64,000 nt of DNA from an uncultured delta proteobacterium (GCA_963828255.1 CAWHDZ010000008.1:64001-128000); one strand, 5' to 3'; shown: positions 20,864-32,204, numbered from the stretch's first letter. Program-made: numbers and translations. Notes: generated from the letters alone by a model not told the origin.

Positions 20864-21943
20864 GTGCGCCTCCCCGCACCGGTACGGGTGGCCCTCCTCG
20901 CCGCGGCCGTGGTCGCGGTCCAGCTCGCCACCCAGGCCTCCGGCAAGGGCTTCTACCTGACCCAGCTCACCATGACCGCCTACTACGCGCTGGTCGTGGT
21001 GGGGCTCTCGCTCCTCATGGGATACGCCGGGCAGATCTCGCTCGGGCAGGCCGGGTTCTTCGCCATCGGCGGCTACACGGCCGCCTTCGTCGCCACGGTG
21101 GACCTCTCGGCCCAGGCGTCGCTCCCGGCCATCGGGCTCCTCACCCGGCTCGGGCTGCTGGCGGCCCGGCCCGATCTCTACGGCGGACAGACACTGGGGG
21201 TGAACCCATGGGCGGGGCTCCTGCTGGGGGTGTCGCTCGCCTCCGGGGTGGCCTTCGCGGTGGGGGTGCCGGTGCTGCGGCTGCGCGGCCACTACCTGGC
21301 CATGGCCACGCTGGCCTTCGGGACCATCGTGTCGGCGGTGGTGGTGGGCACCCAGCGGCTCGGGGCGGCCGACGGCATCTCCGGCGTGCCCCCCTTCCCC
21401 ATCCTCCCCGGGGTCCGCATCGGCGGCGGGTCGTCCGACCGGGTGGTGAACTACTACCTGGCCTGGGGGCTCGTGGCGCTCTCCATGCTGCTCCTCGGAA
21501 ACCTGGTCGGCTCCCGCACCGGCCGGGCCCTGCGGGCCATCCACGGAGCCGAGGACGCGGCGCGGGCCATGGGGGTGGACGCGGCCCGGCTGAAGGTCCG
21601 CGTCTTCGTCCTGGCGGCGGCCATGGCGTCGGCCGCCGGCGTGCTCCTCACCCACTACGTGGGCGGCATCGGCCCCTCCGAGACCTCGGCCATGAAGTCG
21701 GTCCGCTACGTGGCCATGGTGGCGGTGGGCGGCATGGGGAGCCTGTGGGGCGCGCTCTCGGCCGCGGCGGTGCTCGAGTTCCTCTCCCTGCGCGGCGTCT
21801 TCGGCGCCCACGACGACGCGGTCTTCGGCGGGATCCTGCTCCTCGTCATGCTCTTCGCTCCCGACGGGATCCTGAACTTCAGGGTCGGCGGGATCCTGGC
21901 GCGGCTGCGTGGCCGGCCGGCCGGATCCGGGGAGGGCGCGTGA
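20864..21943 (+). CDS. Branched-chain amino acid-type ABC permease (LivM-like)
   Basis: GYAGQISLGQAGFFAIGGY; LRLRGHYLAMATLAFG; SRTGRALRAI. Confidence 0.9.
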   Translation: MRLPAPVRVALLAAAVVAVQLATQASGKGFYLTQLTMTAYYALVVVGLSLLMGYAGQISLGQAGFFAIGGYTAAFVATVDLSAQASLPAIGLLTRLGLLAARPDLYGGQTLGVNPWAGLLLGVSLASGVAFAVGVPVLRLRGHYLAMATLAFGTIVSAVVVGTQRLGAADGISGVPPFPILPGVRIGGGSSDRVVNYYLAWGLVALSMLLLGNLVGSRTGRALRAIHGAEDAARAMGVDAARLKVRVFVLAAAMASAAGVLLTHYVGGIGPSETSAMKSVRYVAMVAVGGMGSLWGALSAAAVLEFLSLRGVFGAHDDAVFGGILLLVMLFAPDGILNFRVGGILARLRGRPAGSGEGA

Positions 21944-22697
21944 ACCTCCTCGAGGTGAGCGGCATCTCCCGGCGGTTCGGGGGGGTGCAGGCGGTGAAGG
22001 GGGTCTCCTTCCGCGTCCGCAAGGGGGCGGTCAAGGCGGTCATCGGCCCGAACGGCGCCGGCAAGACCACCCTCTTCGACCTGCTCTCCGGATTCCGCGC
22101 CCCCGACGAGGGCACCATCCGCTTCGAGGACCGGGAGATCCAAGGAAGGGCCCCGCACGAGGTGGCCGCCCTCGGCATCTCCCGCACCTTCCAGAATCTG
22201 AAGCTGTTCGGCCACATGACGGCGCTCGAGAACGTGATGGTGGGGCGTCACGTGCGAAGCCGGGCCGGGATGCTGGCCGGGATGTTCTCGCCCCCCGGGG
22301 CACGCCGCGAGGAGCGGGAGATCGAGGAGCGTGCCCGCGCCGAGATGCGCTTCCTGGGGGTGGAGCCCCTGGCCCGCTCCCCGGCGGGAAGCCTGGCCTA
22401 CGGCCAGCAGCGGGCCGTCGAGCTGGCCCGCGCCCTCTGCGCCGAGCCCACGCTCCTGCTCCTCGACGAGCCGGCGGCGGGGCTCAACATGCGGGAGACC
22501 GGCGAGCTGGCCGACCAGGTGCTGCGCATCCGCGAGAGGGGCGTCACCGTGCTCCTCGTCGAGCACGACATGTCGCTCGTCATGCGCATCTCCGACGAGG
22601 TGGCCGTGCTCTGCTTCGGGCAGAAGATCGCCGACGCCGACCCGCGCTCGGTGCAGCGCAACCCGGAGGTCGTCCGGGTCTACCTGGGTGAAGACTG

Positions 22698-22698
<1 letters not shown>
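21940..22698 (+). CDS. ABC ATPase (LivG-like)
   Basis: GPNGAGKTT, RTFQN, LAYGQQR, LLLDEPAAG, LVEHDM; GTG start overlaps the permease stop. Confidence 0.92.
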
Positions 22699-23419
<721 letters not shown>

Positions 23420-23423
<4 letters not shown>

Positions 23424-24697
23424 CCGGAAAGCCGGATCGAGAGACGATGGACCGCGAGGAGATCGGGCAGCTCCAGCTGGAGCGGCTCGAGGCCACCCTC
23501 AACCGGGCGCAGAGGAGCGTGCCCTTCTACCGGCGCCGCTTCGCCGAGGCGGGCTTCGAGGCCGAGGGGCTGCGCTCCCTCGACGACCTGCGCCGGCTCC
23601 CCTTCACCACGAAGCGCGACCTGCGCGACAACCACCCCTACGGCATGTTCGCCGTGCCGCTGCGGGACGTGGTCCGGGTGCACGCCTCCTCGGGGACGAC
23701 CGGTCTCGCCACCGCGGTGGGCTACACCCGCAACGACCTGCGATCCTGGTCGGACCTGGTGGCCCGGGTGCTGGTGGCTGGCGGGGTGGGCAAGGACGAC
23801 GTGGTGCAGGTGGCCTTCGACTACGGCCTCTTCACCGGCGCCTTCGGTTTCCACCAGGGGGCGGAGCTCCTGGGCGCGTCGGTGATCCCGGTCTCCTCGG
23901 CGAGCGCCCGGCGCCAGCTGGGGATCATGAAGGACTACCGGAGCACCGCGCTCGTCTGCACGCCCAGCTACGCCATGACGCTGGCCGACGCCGCCATCGA
24001 GGCCGGCCTGAAGCCCGGCACGCTGTCCCTGCGTCACGGGCTCTTCGGGGCCGAGCCCTGGTCGGAGTCGATGCGGGCCGACCTGCAGGCGAAGCTCAAG
24101 CTCGTGGCCACCGACAACTACGGCCTCTCCGAGGTGGGCGGTCCGGGGCTGGCCGGCGAGTGCCTGGACCGGCGCGGGCTCCACGTGGCCGAGGACCACT
24201 TCCTCGTCGAGGTGGTGGACCCGGAGACCCTGGCCCCGGTTCCCGACGGCACGGTGGGTGAACTGGTCGTGACCACCCTCACCCGGGAGGCCATGCCGGT
24301 CGTCCGCTTCCGGACCCACGACCTGGCCTCTCTCGCCCGCGTGCCCTGCGCCTGCGGCCGGACCATGGCCCGCATGAGCCGCGTGAAGGGGCGCACCGAC
24401 GACCTCATCCTCGTGAAGGGGGCGCGGTTCTTCCCCTCGGAGATCGAGGCGGTGCTCCTCGAGGTGGAGGGGACCGAGCCCCACTACGAGATCGTGCTGG
24501 AGCGGCGGCACGGGGGGGACGAGGCGCTGGTCCGCGTGGAGGCCGCCACCCCGGGCGACGAGAACCTGCGCGGTGCCGTCGAGCGCAGGCTCGCCTCCGA
24601 GCTGGGGGTGGCCGTCGCGGTCGAACTCGTCGCCCGGAGGGCGCTCCCGCGCTCGGAGGGGAAGGCCAGGCGGGTGATCGACCGGAGACGGGCCTGA
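23420..24697 (+). CDS. paaK: Phenylacetate-CoA ligase family protein (copy 3, divergent)
   Basis: [48 protein letters not shown] overlap with the upstream ATPase gene. Confidence 0.82.
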
Positions 24698-24742
24698 TTC
24701 GCGGACCGGTCCTGAGGACGACGCCGGGGGCGAGGACGAGAA

Positions 24743-24769
24743 GGCGCCGGGCCCGTGGGACCCGGCGCC
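24743..24769. terminator. GC-rich hairpin between convergent paaK copy 3 and the FadL-like gene
   Basis: GGCGCCGGG-N9-CCCGGCGCC stem; followed by TTCT on the minus strand (weak U tract). Confidence 0.45.
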
Positions 24770-24793
24770 GGTGCTGGACGGAGCGGCCGCCGG

Positions 24794-26131
24794 CTAGAAG
24801 GTCACCGAGACGCCGGCCTCCAGGGTGTAGCCGGAGGCGCTGATCGTCGAGGAGAACGTCCCCTGCGGCACCGGCTGGCCGACGATGGGCGCGAGGTTGG
24901 GCAGCTGGGCCGTTCCCGAGATGTTGTTCTCGAACCCGATCACGCTCGCAAGGTTGAGCACGATGGCCTTCGTCACCTGGAAGCCGGCGCCGAGCGTGAG
25001 GTGGCTCTCGGCGATGGCGGGGAAGGCGACGTTCTCGAGGGCCCGGTCCGGGTCCGCCGGCGACTTGCCGTAGTTGAAGCCGGCGCGGAGCTTCACGAAG
25101 TCGGCCGCCCCGGGCAGCTGCCCCTGGACCCCCACCTTGAAGACCCACTGGTCGCTCCAGTTGGTGCTGAAGGGGAAGAACTGCGAGGTCGCCGTGGCGG
25201 AGCCGTTCACGAAGGAGGGCTGGCCGACGCCCAGGGTGGTCGACCAGGCGATGTACTGGACGTCCCCCACCAGCACGAGGAGGCCGTCGAGGAGGGTGAC
25301 CTGGACGCCGAGGGTGCCGCTCCAGGGCAGGTTGAACTGGAGCTCCTCCTGGCCTCCCGGGAGCCCCGGCGGGAACGGGACGGCGCCGAGCGGGCTCGAG
25401 GGGCCGATGTTGTACTTGAAGGGCTGGAACCAGGTCGGCGACTCGTAGGCCAGGCCGATGGAGAGGAAGGGCAGCGGCTGGACCTTTGCGCCCAGCGTGA
25501 AGCCGATCCCGAACGAGCTCGCGACGGGGTGCGGCGGCAGGCCCACGCTGGCGCCGAACGAGTAGCCCAGCATGGCCCAGGATGCGTTCAGGCTGGCGCC
25601 CAGCGCGAGGAGGCCGTCCATGAGCCGGTAGGAGGCGCCGATCGGGAAGCGGAAGTTCAGGTAGGTCGACTGGACGGTGCTGGAGAGGAGGTTCGCCGGG
25701 TAGTCGACCCCGGCGCCGGCCATGCTCGCCATGCCGACGCCCAGCCGGAGATCCTTGCCGAACGGGATGACGAGCCCGATGTTCGGGATCGGCACCGGGG
25801 GGAAGTTGCTCTCGATCTGGGTTCCGGGCTGGTTGACGATGAGGCGCCCGAGCTCCTCGAGGGCCGGGACGCCGGTGCCGAGGTAGCTGTTCGTGGCCGA
25901 GTACTTGATCGTGGTCGGGAAGTACGCCGCCCCGAAGTCCGTGCGGCCACCCAGGTCGCTCAGCGTGGCGGGGTTGAGCACGAGCGCGGACGAGTCCATC
26001 CCGAACGCCGCTCCCGCGCCGCCCAACGACGCGTTGAGCGGGCTGAAGGCGACCATGCGGAGCCCGTTCGTCGCGAGCGCCGGGCTGGCGACGAGGGCGA
26101 TGGCGATGGCGGCTGCGAGCTTCTTCTTCAT
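24794..26131 (-). CDS. OmpP1/FadL/TodX family outer membrane transporter
   Basis: Signal peptide then hatch motif TNGLRM...SLGGAGAA...SSALVLNPATL; beta strands; LRAGFNYGKSP; C-terminal Phe; GGGAGG SD. Confidence 0.85.
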   Translation of the reverse strand: MKKKLAAAIAIALVASPALATNGLRMVAFSPLNASLGGAGAAFGMDSSALVLNPATLSDLGGRTDFGAAYFPTTIKYSATNSYLGTGVPALEELGRLIVNQPGTQIESNFPPVPIPNIGLVIPFGKDLRLGVGMASMAGAGVDYPANLLSSTVQSTYLNFRFPIGASYRLMDGLLALGASLNASWAMLGYSFGASVGLPPHPVASSFGIGFTLGAKVQPLPFLSIGLAYESPTWFQPFKYNIGPSSPLGAVPFPPGLPGGQEELQFNLPWSGTLGVQVTLLDGLLVLVGDVQYIAWSTTLGVGQPSFVNGSATATSQFFPFSTNWSDQWVFKVGVQGQLPGAADFVKLRAGFNYGKSPADPDRALENVAFPAIAESHLTLGAGFQVTKAIVLNLASVIGFENNISGTAQLPNLAPIVGQPVPQGTFSSTISASGYTLEAGVSVTF

Positions 26132-26226
26132 CTGTTCCTCCCGGACGACGATTGACTTCACGTTCCGTTACTGGATCAAGCCACGGGCTCCTCGCCCGTC
26201 AACTTCTTTTCGGCGGGCGCCGGGAG

Positions 26227-27384
26227 CTATGGCCGGATGGTCGCGACGACGCCCAGGTGGTCGGACGAGTAGAGCGGCGGCGTTCCGCTCGTCTGGTCGC
26301 TCGTCCCGAACGTCGACATCGAGACCGGCGTTCCGTCCCAGGTGAGGACGAGGTCGAGCCGCTGCGACAGCGTCCGGGTGGTGAGGTCCGTGTCGTCGCC
26401 CCAGGTGAGCCCCACGGCCGTGCCGTTCGTCGCCGTCCAGGCGTCGTCGAGCGGGGAGGTCGTGCCCACGAGCGGCGCGAGCTCCGGGATGCCCAGGTTC
26501 GGGAACGGGATGGCCCCCGTCAGGTAGTTGTAGGTGGTCCGGAGCGGGTCGGTCGGCGGCGCCTCGGCCTGGCTGTTGAAGTCTCCCAGGACGATGGTCG
26601 GGATCGGGTTCTCGACCCGGCGGGGGACGACCTGGGTGCCGATGAGCTCGCCGGCCTGGGCGAGCTGGAAGATGAACGGCGGGACGTCGGGCGGCGTCGG
26701 CAGCTCCTGGACCTCGAGGTGGGTCTCGAAGACCCGGTACCACTGGCCGTCCTTCTCGACCTCGACGACGTTCCAGGCGCGGTAGTCGGGGATCACGAAC
26801 GACGTGCCGGGGATGGGGAACTCGATGCCGGCGGCGTACAGGCCGCCGTCGGCGTTCCGGGTGGCCAGCCCGGAGCGGACCAGGATGACGTCCCGGTCCG
26901 TGTAGCGGACGTCGAAGGGGGGGGTCGAAAGCGTCGGGTCCACGGCGCAGAGCTCGGCGTCGAGGGACTGCGTCTCCTGGGCGACCTGGTAGGAGAGCCC
27001 CTTCGCCTGGAGCTCGGAGAGGAGGAGCCTCAGGAAGTCGTACTGCACGACGGAGGCGGTGGGATCGGCGGGGTTCGCGCCGGCGCAGACCGCGGCGGGC
27101 CCGGTCCGCCAGAGGGCGACCTCCTGGAGGCCGACGACGTCGGGGGCGACCTTCGCGATGTTGGCCGCGATGACCTTGGCGCGCGCTGGGAAGTCCGTGA
27201 ACTGGACGGTGCTCCACACCTGGAAGGCCGCGACCGCGCCCGCCTGGGCATCCGGGGCCTGGACGACCAGGAAGATGTCGCCTCCCAGATAGAGGTTCTG
27301 GTTCACGACCGTGAGCTGGCTCTCGGTCGTCTCGGTGCAGGCGGCGACGGCGAGGAGGAGGACTGCGGCGAGGGAACGGCGCAT
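26227..27384 (-). CDS. Endonuclease/exonuclease/phosphatase (EEP) family lipoprotein
   Basis: Lipobox VAAC; catalytic motifs NQNLYLG, GLQEV, THLE, GDFNS, RLDLV, SDH. Confidence 0.85.
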   Translation of the reverse strand: MRRSLAAVLLLAVAACTETTESQLTVVNQNLYLGGDIFLVVQAPDAQAGAVAAFQVWSTVQFTDFPARAKVIAANIAKVAPDVVGLQEVALWRTGPAAVCAGANPADPTASVVQYDFLRLLLSELQAKGLSYQVAQETQSLDAELCAVDPTLSTPPFDVRYTDRDVILVRSGLATRNADGGLYAAGIEFPIPGTSFVIPDYRAWNVVEVEKDGQWYRVFETHLEVQELPTPPDVPPFIFQLAQAGELIGTQVVPRRVENPIPTIVLGDFNSQAEAPPTDPLRTTYNYLTGAIPFPNLGIPELAPLVGTTSPLDDAWTATNGTAVGLTWGDDTDLTTRTLSQRLDLVLTWDGTPVSMSTFGTSDQTSGTPPLYSSDHLGVVATIRP

Positions 27385-27571
27385 CTGGGCTCTCCCGGCG
27401 TTCGGACGGCGCCCCGGCGGCGCGGGCTGCGGGGCCGGGGTCGCGGGTCGCGGAGGTCGCGAGAGGCTACGGGAGTTGAGACGAACCGTGAACGCCCCGT
27501 CAGGGTGCATCCCCGGATCGTCGGACTGCAGGAGGAGCGGCCGCCCCGTCCGTCAACGGTGGATGGCTCTC

Positions 27572-28291
27572 CTACGGCAGGAAGCAGTAGCGGGGCGAGA
27601 GCGCTCCGACCGAGAGCTGGGTCTGCAGCCCGTCGTAGAAGCCCTGGAGCCAGTTGGTGAGCTTCACCGGCTCGGGGGAGTGACCGTTGGTGTTGATCTG
27701 GCGGACCAGGTCCATGCGCGTCCAGCCCGGGTGGACCGGGTCGGCGGTGAAGACCATGGAGCCGAGGATCTTGGGGACCTCGACGGTGCCGGAGGTCTTT
27801 CCGTAGAGCATCTTCACCTCGGTGGGCGCGGTGGGCGTGCCCTGGGTCACGCCGACGCGCCAGGTCACCTCGAAGGTGTAGTTCCTCTCGATGCCGCCGT
27901 GCGGGATCTCCTTGGTGACGAAGTTGACGGGGTACAGGGGATCGGTGACGAGCCAGGCCTCGCAGTCGGTCTCGGTCCGCTCCGGCCAGAAGGCGACGTC
28001 CACGCCGGTGGGGACCTGGAGCACCTGCCACACCTGGGCGAGGGAGAAGGGCACGCAGCCGCGGGCCTTGCGCTCGTTGTAGCTCGGGTTCGCGAGCACG
28101 GCGCGGGCCGGCCCGATCGAGAATGCGCCCGTGCCGGTGGCGGCCTCGCACTCGGCGGGCAGCGCGAGCTCGGTGACGAGGGCCACGGGGCCGAGCCCGG
28201 CCGGGAGATCGGTGTTCTCCGTCCCGCAGGCGGCGAGGAGGAGGGGCACGAGCAGGACGGCCGGGAGGAGGGCTCGGAGGCGTCGATTCAT
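27572..28291 (-). CDS. Hypothetical lipoprotein, possibly START/SRPBCC fold
   Basis: Lipobox LAAC; PFSLAQVWQVL helix, beta-rich core, long amphipathic C-terminal helix (KLTNWLQGFYDGLQTQL). Confidence 0.6.
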   Translation of the reverse strand: MNRRLRALLPAVLLVPLLLAACGTENTDLPAGLGPVALVTELALPAECEAATGTGAFSIGPARAVLANPSYNERKARGCVPFSLAQVWQVLQVPTGVDVAFWPERTETDCEAWLVTDPLYPVNFVTKEIPHGGIERNYTFEVTWRVGVTQGTPTAPTEVKMLYGKTSGTVEVPKILGSMVFTADPVHPGWTRMDLVRQINTNGHSPEPVKLTNWLQGFYDGLQTQLSVGALSPRYCFLP

Positions 28292-28298
28292 GGCTCAC

Positions 28299-28360
28299 AT
28301 TCTAATCGGGATTTGTCCTGCGCACACATCATTGGATTAACCATCAAATACAAGATCTTG
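28299..28360. promoter_or_regulatory. AT-rich divergent promoter region
   Basis: TAGAAT (minus, 28299-28304) 7 nt before the ATG at 28291; perfect palindrome CAAGATCTTG at 28351-28360. Confidence 0.45.
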
Positions 28361-28483
28361 CGATCCGATGGCGGATGACGCTTCCGGGTCTCGCCCGAAC
28401 TGGGGGCGAGAATTCGCATCAAAGCTCGCATTCGAACGTCCCGGCGTCGACACCCGGACCGACCCGTGCTCCACTCGCGTTCG

Positions 28484-28921
28484 ATGCGCAAGTCGTCCTC
28501 CATCCGCCTCGGACTGCTCCTCGCGGTCTCCGGGCTCCTCCTCGCTTGCGACGGCGAGAAGCCCCAGGAGAAGCGCTGCGTGGACGACGACGGGCGCTAC
28601 GTGGACGACGCGCTCTGCACGACCGCCGCGCCGGGCGCCCCGGCTTCGGACGGGGGGGTCGCCTCGTCGGCCACCGGAGGATGGGACCAGCCGGACGGAG
28701 GCACGGCCGCGCCCCGGACCGGCGGCTACCACTTCATCTGGATCCCCTACGGCATGTTCGGCGGGATCGGGAGCTACGCGCCCGGCTTCGTCCGCACCGG
28801 GCCCGGCGGAGCGGCCACCTCCGGCGCGGCCACCTCGACCCCGGTGACCCGGGGCGGCTTCGGCGCCACCGGCGCGACCCACTCCGGGTCCTCCTCGTCC
28901 GCGGCCACCGCCGGGAGCTGA
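28484..28921 (+). CDS. YgiB/DUF1190-like lipoprotein
   Basis: Lipobox LLAC; Cys pair; Gly/Ser-rich tail with VTRGGFG; directly upstream of a GSP-synthase-like gene. Confidence 0.65.
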   Translation: MRKSSSIRLGLLLAVSGLLLACDGEKPQEKRCVDDDGRYVDDALCTTAAPGAPASDGGVASSATGGWDQPDGGTAAPRTGGYHFIWIPYGMFGGIGSYAPGFVRTGPGGAATSGAATSTPVTRGGFGATGATHSGSSSSAATAGS

Positions 28922-28928
28922 CCCGCCG

Positions 28929-30131
28929 ATGGAGCGCCGGGAGCGGGAGCCACGGCAGGACTGGCGTCGCCGGGTCGAGGAGGTGGGCTTCCCCATCCAC
29001 ACCGCCGACACCCCGTACTGGGACGAGTCGGCCTTCTGGGCATTCACCCCGGGTGACGTGGAGATCCTCGAGCGGGCCACCGCGGGACTTCAAGAATTGG
29101 TGCTCGCCGCGGTCGGCCACGTCATCGAGTCGGGCCGCTACTGGGAGCGGCTGGCCATCCCCCGGGAGATGGTTCCCCTGGTGGCCCGCTCCTGGGAGGG
29201 CGTGGACGGGGATGGCGACCCCTCCATCTACGGCCGGATGGACCTGGCCTGGGACGGCGTGGGGACCCCGCGCCTCCTCGAGTACAACGCCGACACCCCC
29301 ACGGGGCTGGTCGAGGCCGCGGTGGTCCAGTGGCACTGGCTGCAGGACGTGGATCCCGCCGCCGACCAGTGGAACTCGATCCACGAGCGGCTGGTGGCGG
29401 GCTGGAAGGAGCTCGCACCCTGGCTACCGGTGGGGCCGCTCCACTTCGCCAGCCTCCCCGTCCCGGAGGACGCGCTCACCACCACCTATCTCCAGGACAC
29501 CGCCGCCCAGGGCGGCCTGCGCACCTCCTTCGTGGAGATGGGGGCCATCGGCTGGGACGAGGGGAAGCGGGCCTTCGTGGATGGCGACGGCGTCGAGCTG
29601 CGGGCCTGCTTCAAGCTCTACCCCTGGGAGTGGATGGCCCGGGAGACCTTCGGCGCCATGCTGCCGCGGGCCCACACCCGCTGGATCGAGCCGGCCTGGA
29701 AGATGGTGGCCTCGAACAAGGGAATCCTGGCGGTGCTCTGGGAACTCCACCCTGGCCACCCGAACCTCCTGCCCGCGTTCCTCGAGCCGGGAGATCTCAG
29801 GAGCTACGCGCGCAAGCCGCTGCTCTCCCGCGAGGGGGCCAACGTGACCCTGGTCCGCGACGGCGAGGTGCTGGCCGAGGGAAAGGACGACGGCTACGGC
29901 AAGGAGGGGCACGTCTGGCAGGCCCTCTGGGAGCCTTCCGTCTCCATGCCCCGCTCCCTCTCCATCGGAAGCTGGCTGGTGCGCGGCGTGCCGGCCGGCG
30001 CCGGCCTGCGGGAATCGGACGGTATCATCACAGGGAATCTCTCCCGCTTCGTGCCCCACCTGGTCTCCGAGGACGCAGGCGGCGATCCCCGCCTGCGGGC
30101 GCGCTTCCGCGCCATCGGCCAGGGGCGCTAG
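28929..30131 (+). CDS. Glutathionylspermidine synthase-like ATP-grasp protein (YgiC-like)
   Basis: YWDESA, YGRMDL, LEYNADTPT, FKLYPWE, EPAWK...SNK, KPLLSREGANV, IGSW, RFVPH. Confidence 0.92.
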   Translation: MERREREPRQDWRRRVEEVGFPIHTADTPYWDESAFWAFTPGDVEILERATAGLQELVLAAVGHVIESGRYWERLAIPREMVPLVARSWEGVDGDGDPSIYGRMDLAWDGVGTPRLLEYNADTPTGLVEAAVVQWHWLQDVDPAADQWNSIHERLVAGWKELAPWLPVGPLHFASLPVPEDALTTTYLQDTAAQGGLRTSFVEMGAIGWDEGKRAFVDGDGVELRACFKLYPWEWMARETFGAMLPRAHTRWIEPAWKMVASNKGILAVLWELHPGHPNLLPAFLEPGDLRSYARKPLLSREGANVTLVRDGEVLAEGKDDGYGKEGHVWQALWEPSVSMPRSLSIGSWLVRGVPAGAGLRESDGIITGNLSRFVPHLVSEDAGGDPRLRARFRAIGQGR

Positions 30132-30140
30132 AGTCGTTCC

Positions 30141-32204
30141 ATGGACGTCACCCCGGGACGCAGCTGGCCGCTGGGCGCCACCTTGGTCGGAGACGGGGTG
30201 AACTTCAGCATCTGGTCCCGCCACGCAACGGCGGTCGAGCTCTGCCTCTTTGATTCCCCCGAGGACGCCCGCCCTGCCCGCTCCATCCGGCTCGACCCGG
30301 CCCTCCACCGCAGCTACCACTACTGGCACGCCCACGTGGCGGGCCTCGCGCCCGGGCAGCTCTACGGCTGGCGAATCCACGGCCCCTTCGACCCGGCCCG
30401 CGGCTACCGCTTCGACGGCCAGAAGCTGCTCCTCGACCCCTACGCGCACGCCGTGGCCGTGCCATCCACCTACGACCGGCAGGCCGCCGTCGGGCGCGGT
30501 GACAATGCCGGCAAGGCCATGAAGGGCGTGGTGGCCGACCTCTCCCGCTACGACTGGGAGGGGGACCGGCCGCTGCGACGCCGCTCGCCCCACGCGGTCG
30601 TCTACGAGATGCACGTGAAGGGCTTCACCTTCCACGAGAGCTCCGGCGTCGCCGCCCCGCGACGCGGGACGTTCGCCGGGATGGTGGAGAAGATTCCCTA
30701 CCTGCGCGACCTGGGCGTGACCGCGGTGGAGCTCATGCCGGTGTTCCAGTTCGACGCCCAGGACGGGAAGGGGGGGCTCCCCAACTACTGGGGCTACTCG
30801 CCGGTCTCCTTCTTCGCCCCTCACCTCGCCTACTCCGCCGCCGGGACCCCGCTGGGCGCCCTCGACGAGTTCCGCGACCTGGTGAAGGCGCTGCACCGCG
30901 CCGACATCGAGGTGATCCTCGACGTGGTCTTCAACCACTCCGCCGAGGGGGACGAGAAGGGGCCGACCATCTCCTTCCGCGGCCTCGACAACCGGGCCTA
31001 CTACATCCTCGAGGACTACCGGCGCTACGCCAACTTCACCGGGTGCGGGAACACGCTCAAGGCCAACCACCCGGTGGTGCGCCGGCTCATGCTCGACGCC
31101 CTCCGCCACTGGGTGTCGGAGATGCACGTGGACGGGTTCCGCTTCGACCTGGCCTCGGTGCTCTCCCGCGGCACCGACGGACACCCGGTGAAGAACGCGC
31201 CGGCGGTCTGGGACATCGAGAGCGACCCCGTGCTGGCCGGCTCGAAGCTCATCGCCGAGGCCTGGGACGCGGCCGGCCTCTACCAGGTGGGCCACTTCGT
31301 GGGCGACTCCTGGAAGGAGTGGAACGGCAAGTTCCGCGACGACGTCCGCTCCTTCCTGCGCGGCGACCCGGGTCGGGTGTCCCATTTCGCCAACCGCCTG
31401 CTGGCCAGCCCCGACCTCTACGAGCAGAAGGAGCGCGAGCCGGAGCAGAGCGTCAACTTCGTCACCTGCCACGACGGGCTCACGCTGAACGACCTGGTGA
31501 CCTACGAGGTGAAGCGCAACGAGGCCAACCGCGAGGGGAACCTCGACGGCACCAGCCACGAGCTGGCCTGGAACTGCGGCGTGGAGGGGCCCTCCGACGA
31601 CGCCGCCGTGGAGGCCCTGCGCAACCGGCAGGTGAAGAATTTCCTGGCGGTGAACATGCTCTCGGCCGGCGTCCCCATGGTCCTGATGGGCGACGAGATG
31701 CGCCGCACCCAGGGGGGCAACAACAACGCCTGGTGCCAGGACAACGAGACCTCCTGGCTCGACTGGAGCCTGCGCAAGGTCCACGCCGACGTGCACCGCT
31801 TCCTGCGGCGTCTCATCCGGCTGCGCTCCTCGATCCACCCCGACCCGCGCCGCTCCGGGACCCTCACCGAGTTCCTCCGCCGGGCCCGCATCGAATGGCA
31901 CGGGGTGAAGCTCTGCGAGCCCGACTGGGGCGACGAGAGCCGGAGCATCGCCGTGACCTTCCAGGAGCCGGACGGACCGGCGGTAGCCCACGTGCTGGTG
32001 AACGCCTGGAACGAGCCGCTCAGCTTCGAGCTGCCCCCCGTCGAGCAGGGATGGCGCCGCATGGTGGACACCTTCCTGCCCTCGCCCGACGACATCCGGA
32101 CCTGGGAGGAGGCGGCGGTGCTCGAGACCGGCAGCTACCTGGTCAACGGCCACTCCTTCGTCTTCCTGGCCGCCCTGGCGCCGGAGCGCGTGGAGCCCGA
32201 CTAG
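30141..32204 (+). CDS. glgX: Glycogen debranching enzyme / isoamylase (GH13)
   Basis: YEMHVKGFT, NYWGY, DVVFNH, DGFRFDLA, AEAWD, FVTCHDG, QGGNNNAWCQDNE. Confidence 0.95.
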   Translation: MDVTPGRSWPLGATLVGDGVNFSIWSRHATAVELCLFDSPEDARPARSIRLDPALHRSYHYWHAHVAGLAPGQLYGWRIHGPFDPARGYRFDGQKLLLDPYAHAVAVPSTYDRQAAVGRGDNAGKAMKGVVADLSRYDWEGDRPLRRRSPHAVVYEMHVKGFTFHESSGVAAPRRGTFAGMVEKIPYLRDLGVTAVELMPVFQFDAQDGKGGLPNYWGYSPVSFFAPHLAYSAAGTPLGALDEFRDLVKALHRADIEVILDVVFNHSAEGDEKGPTISFRGLDNRAYYILEDYRRYANFTGCGNTLKANHPVVRRLMLDALRHWVSEMHVDGFRFDLASVLSRGTDGHPVKNAPAVWDIESDPVLAGSKLIAEAWDAAGLYQVGHFVGDSWKEWNGKFRDDVRSFLRGDPGRVSHFANRLLASPDLYEQKEREPEQSVNFVTCHDGLTLNDLVTYEVKRNEANREGNLDGTSHELAWNCGVEGPSDDAAVEALRNRQVKNFLAVNMLSAGVPMVLMGDEMRRTQGGNNNAWCQDNETSWLDWSLRKVHADVHRFLRRLIRLRSSIHPDPRRSGTLTEFLRRARIEWHGVKLCEPDWGDESRSIAVTFQEPDGPAVAHVLVNAWNEPLSFELPPVEQGWRRMVDTFLPSPDDIRTWEEAAVLETGSYLVNGHSFVFLAALAPERVEPD

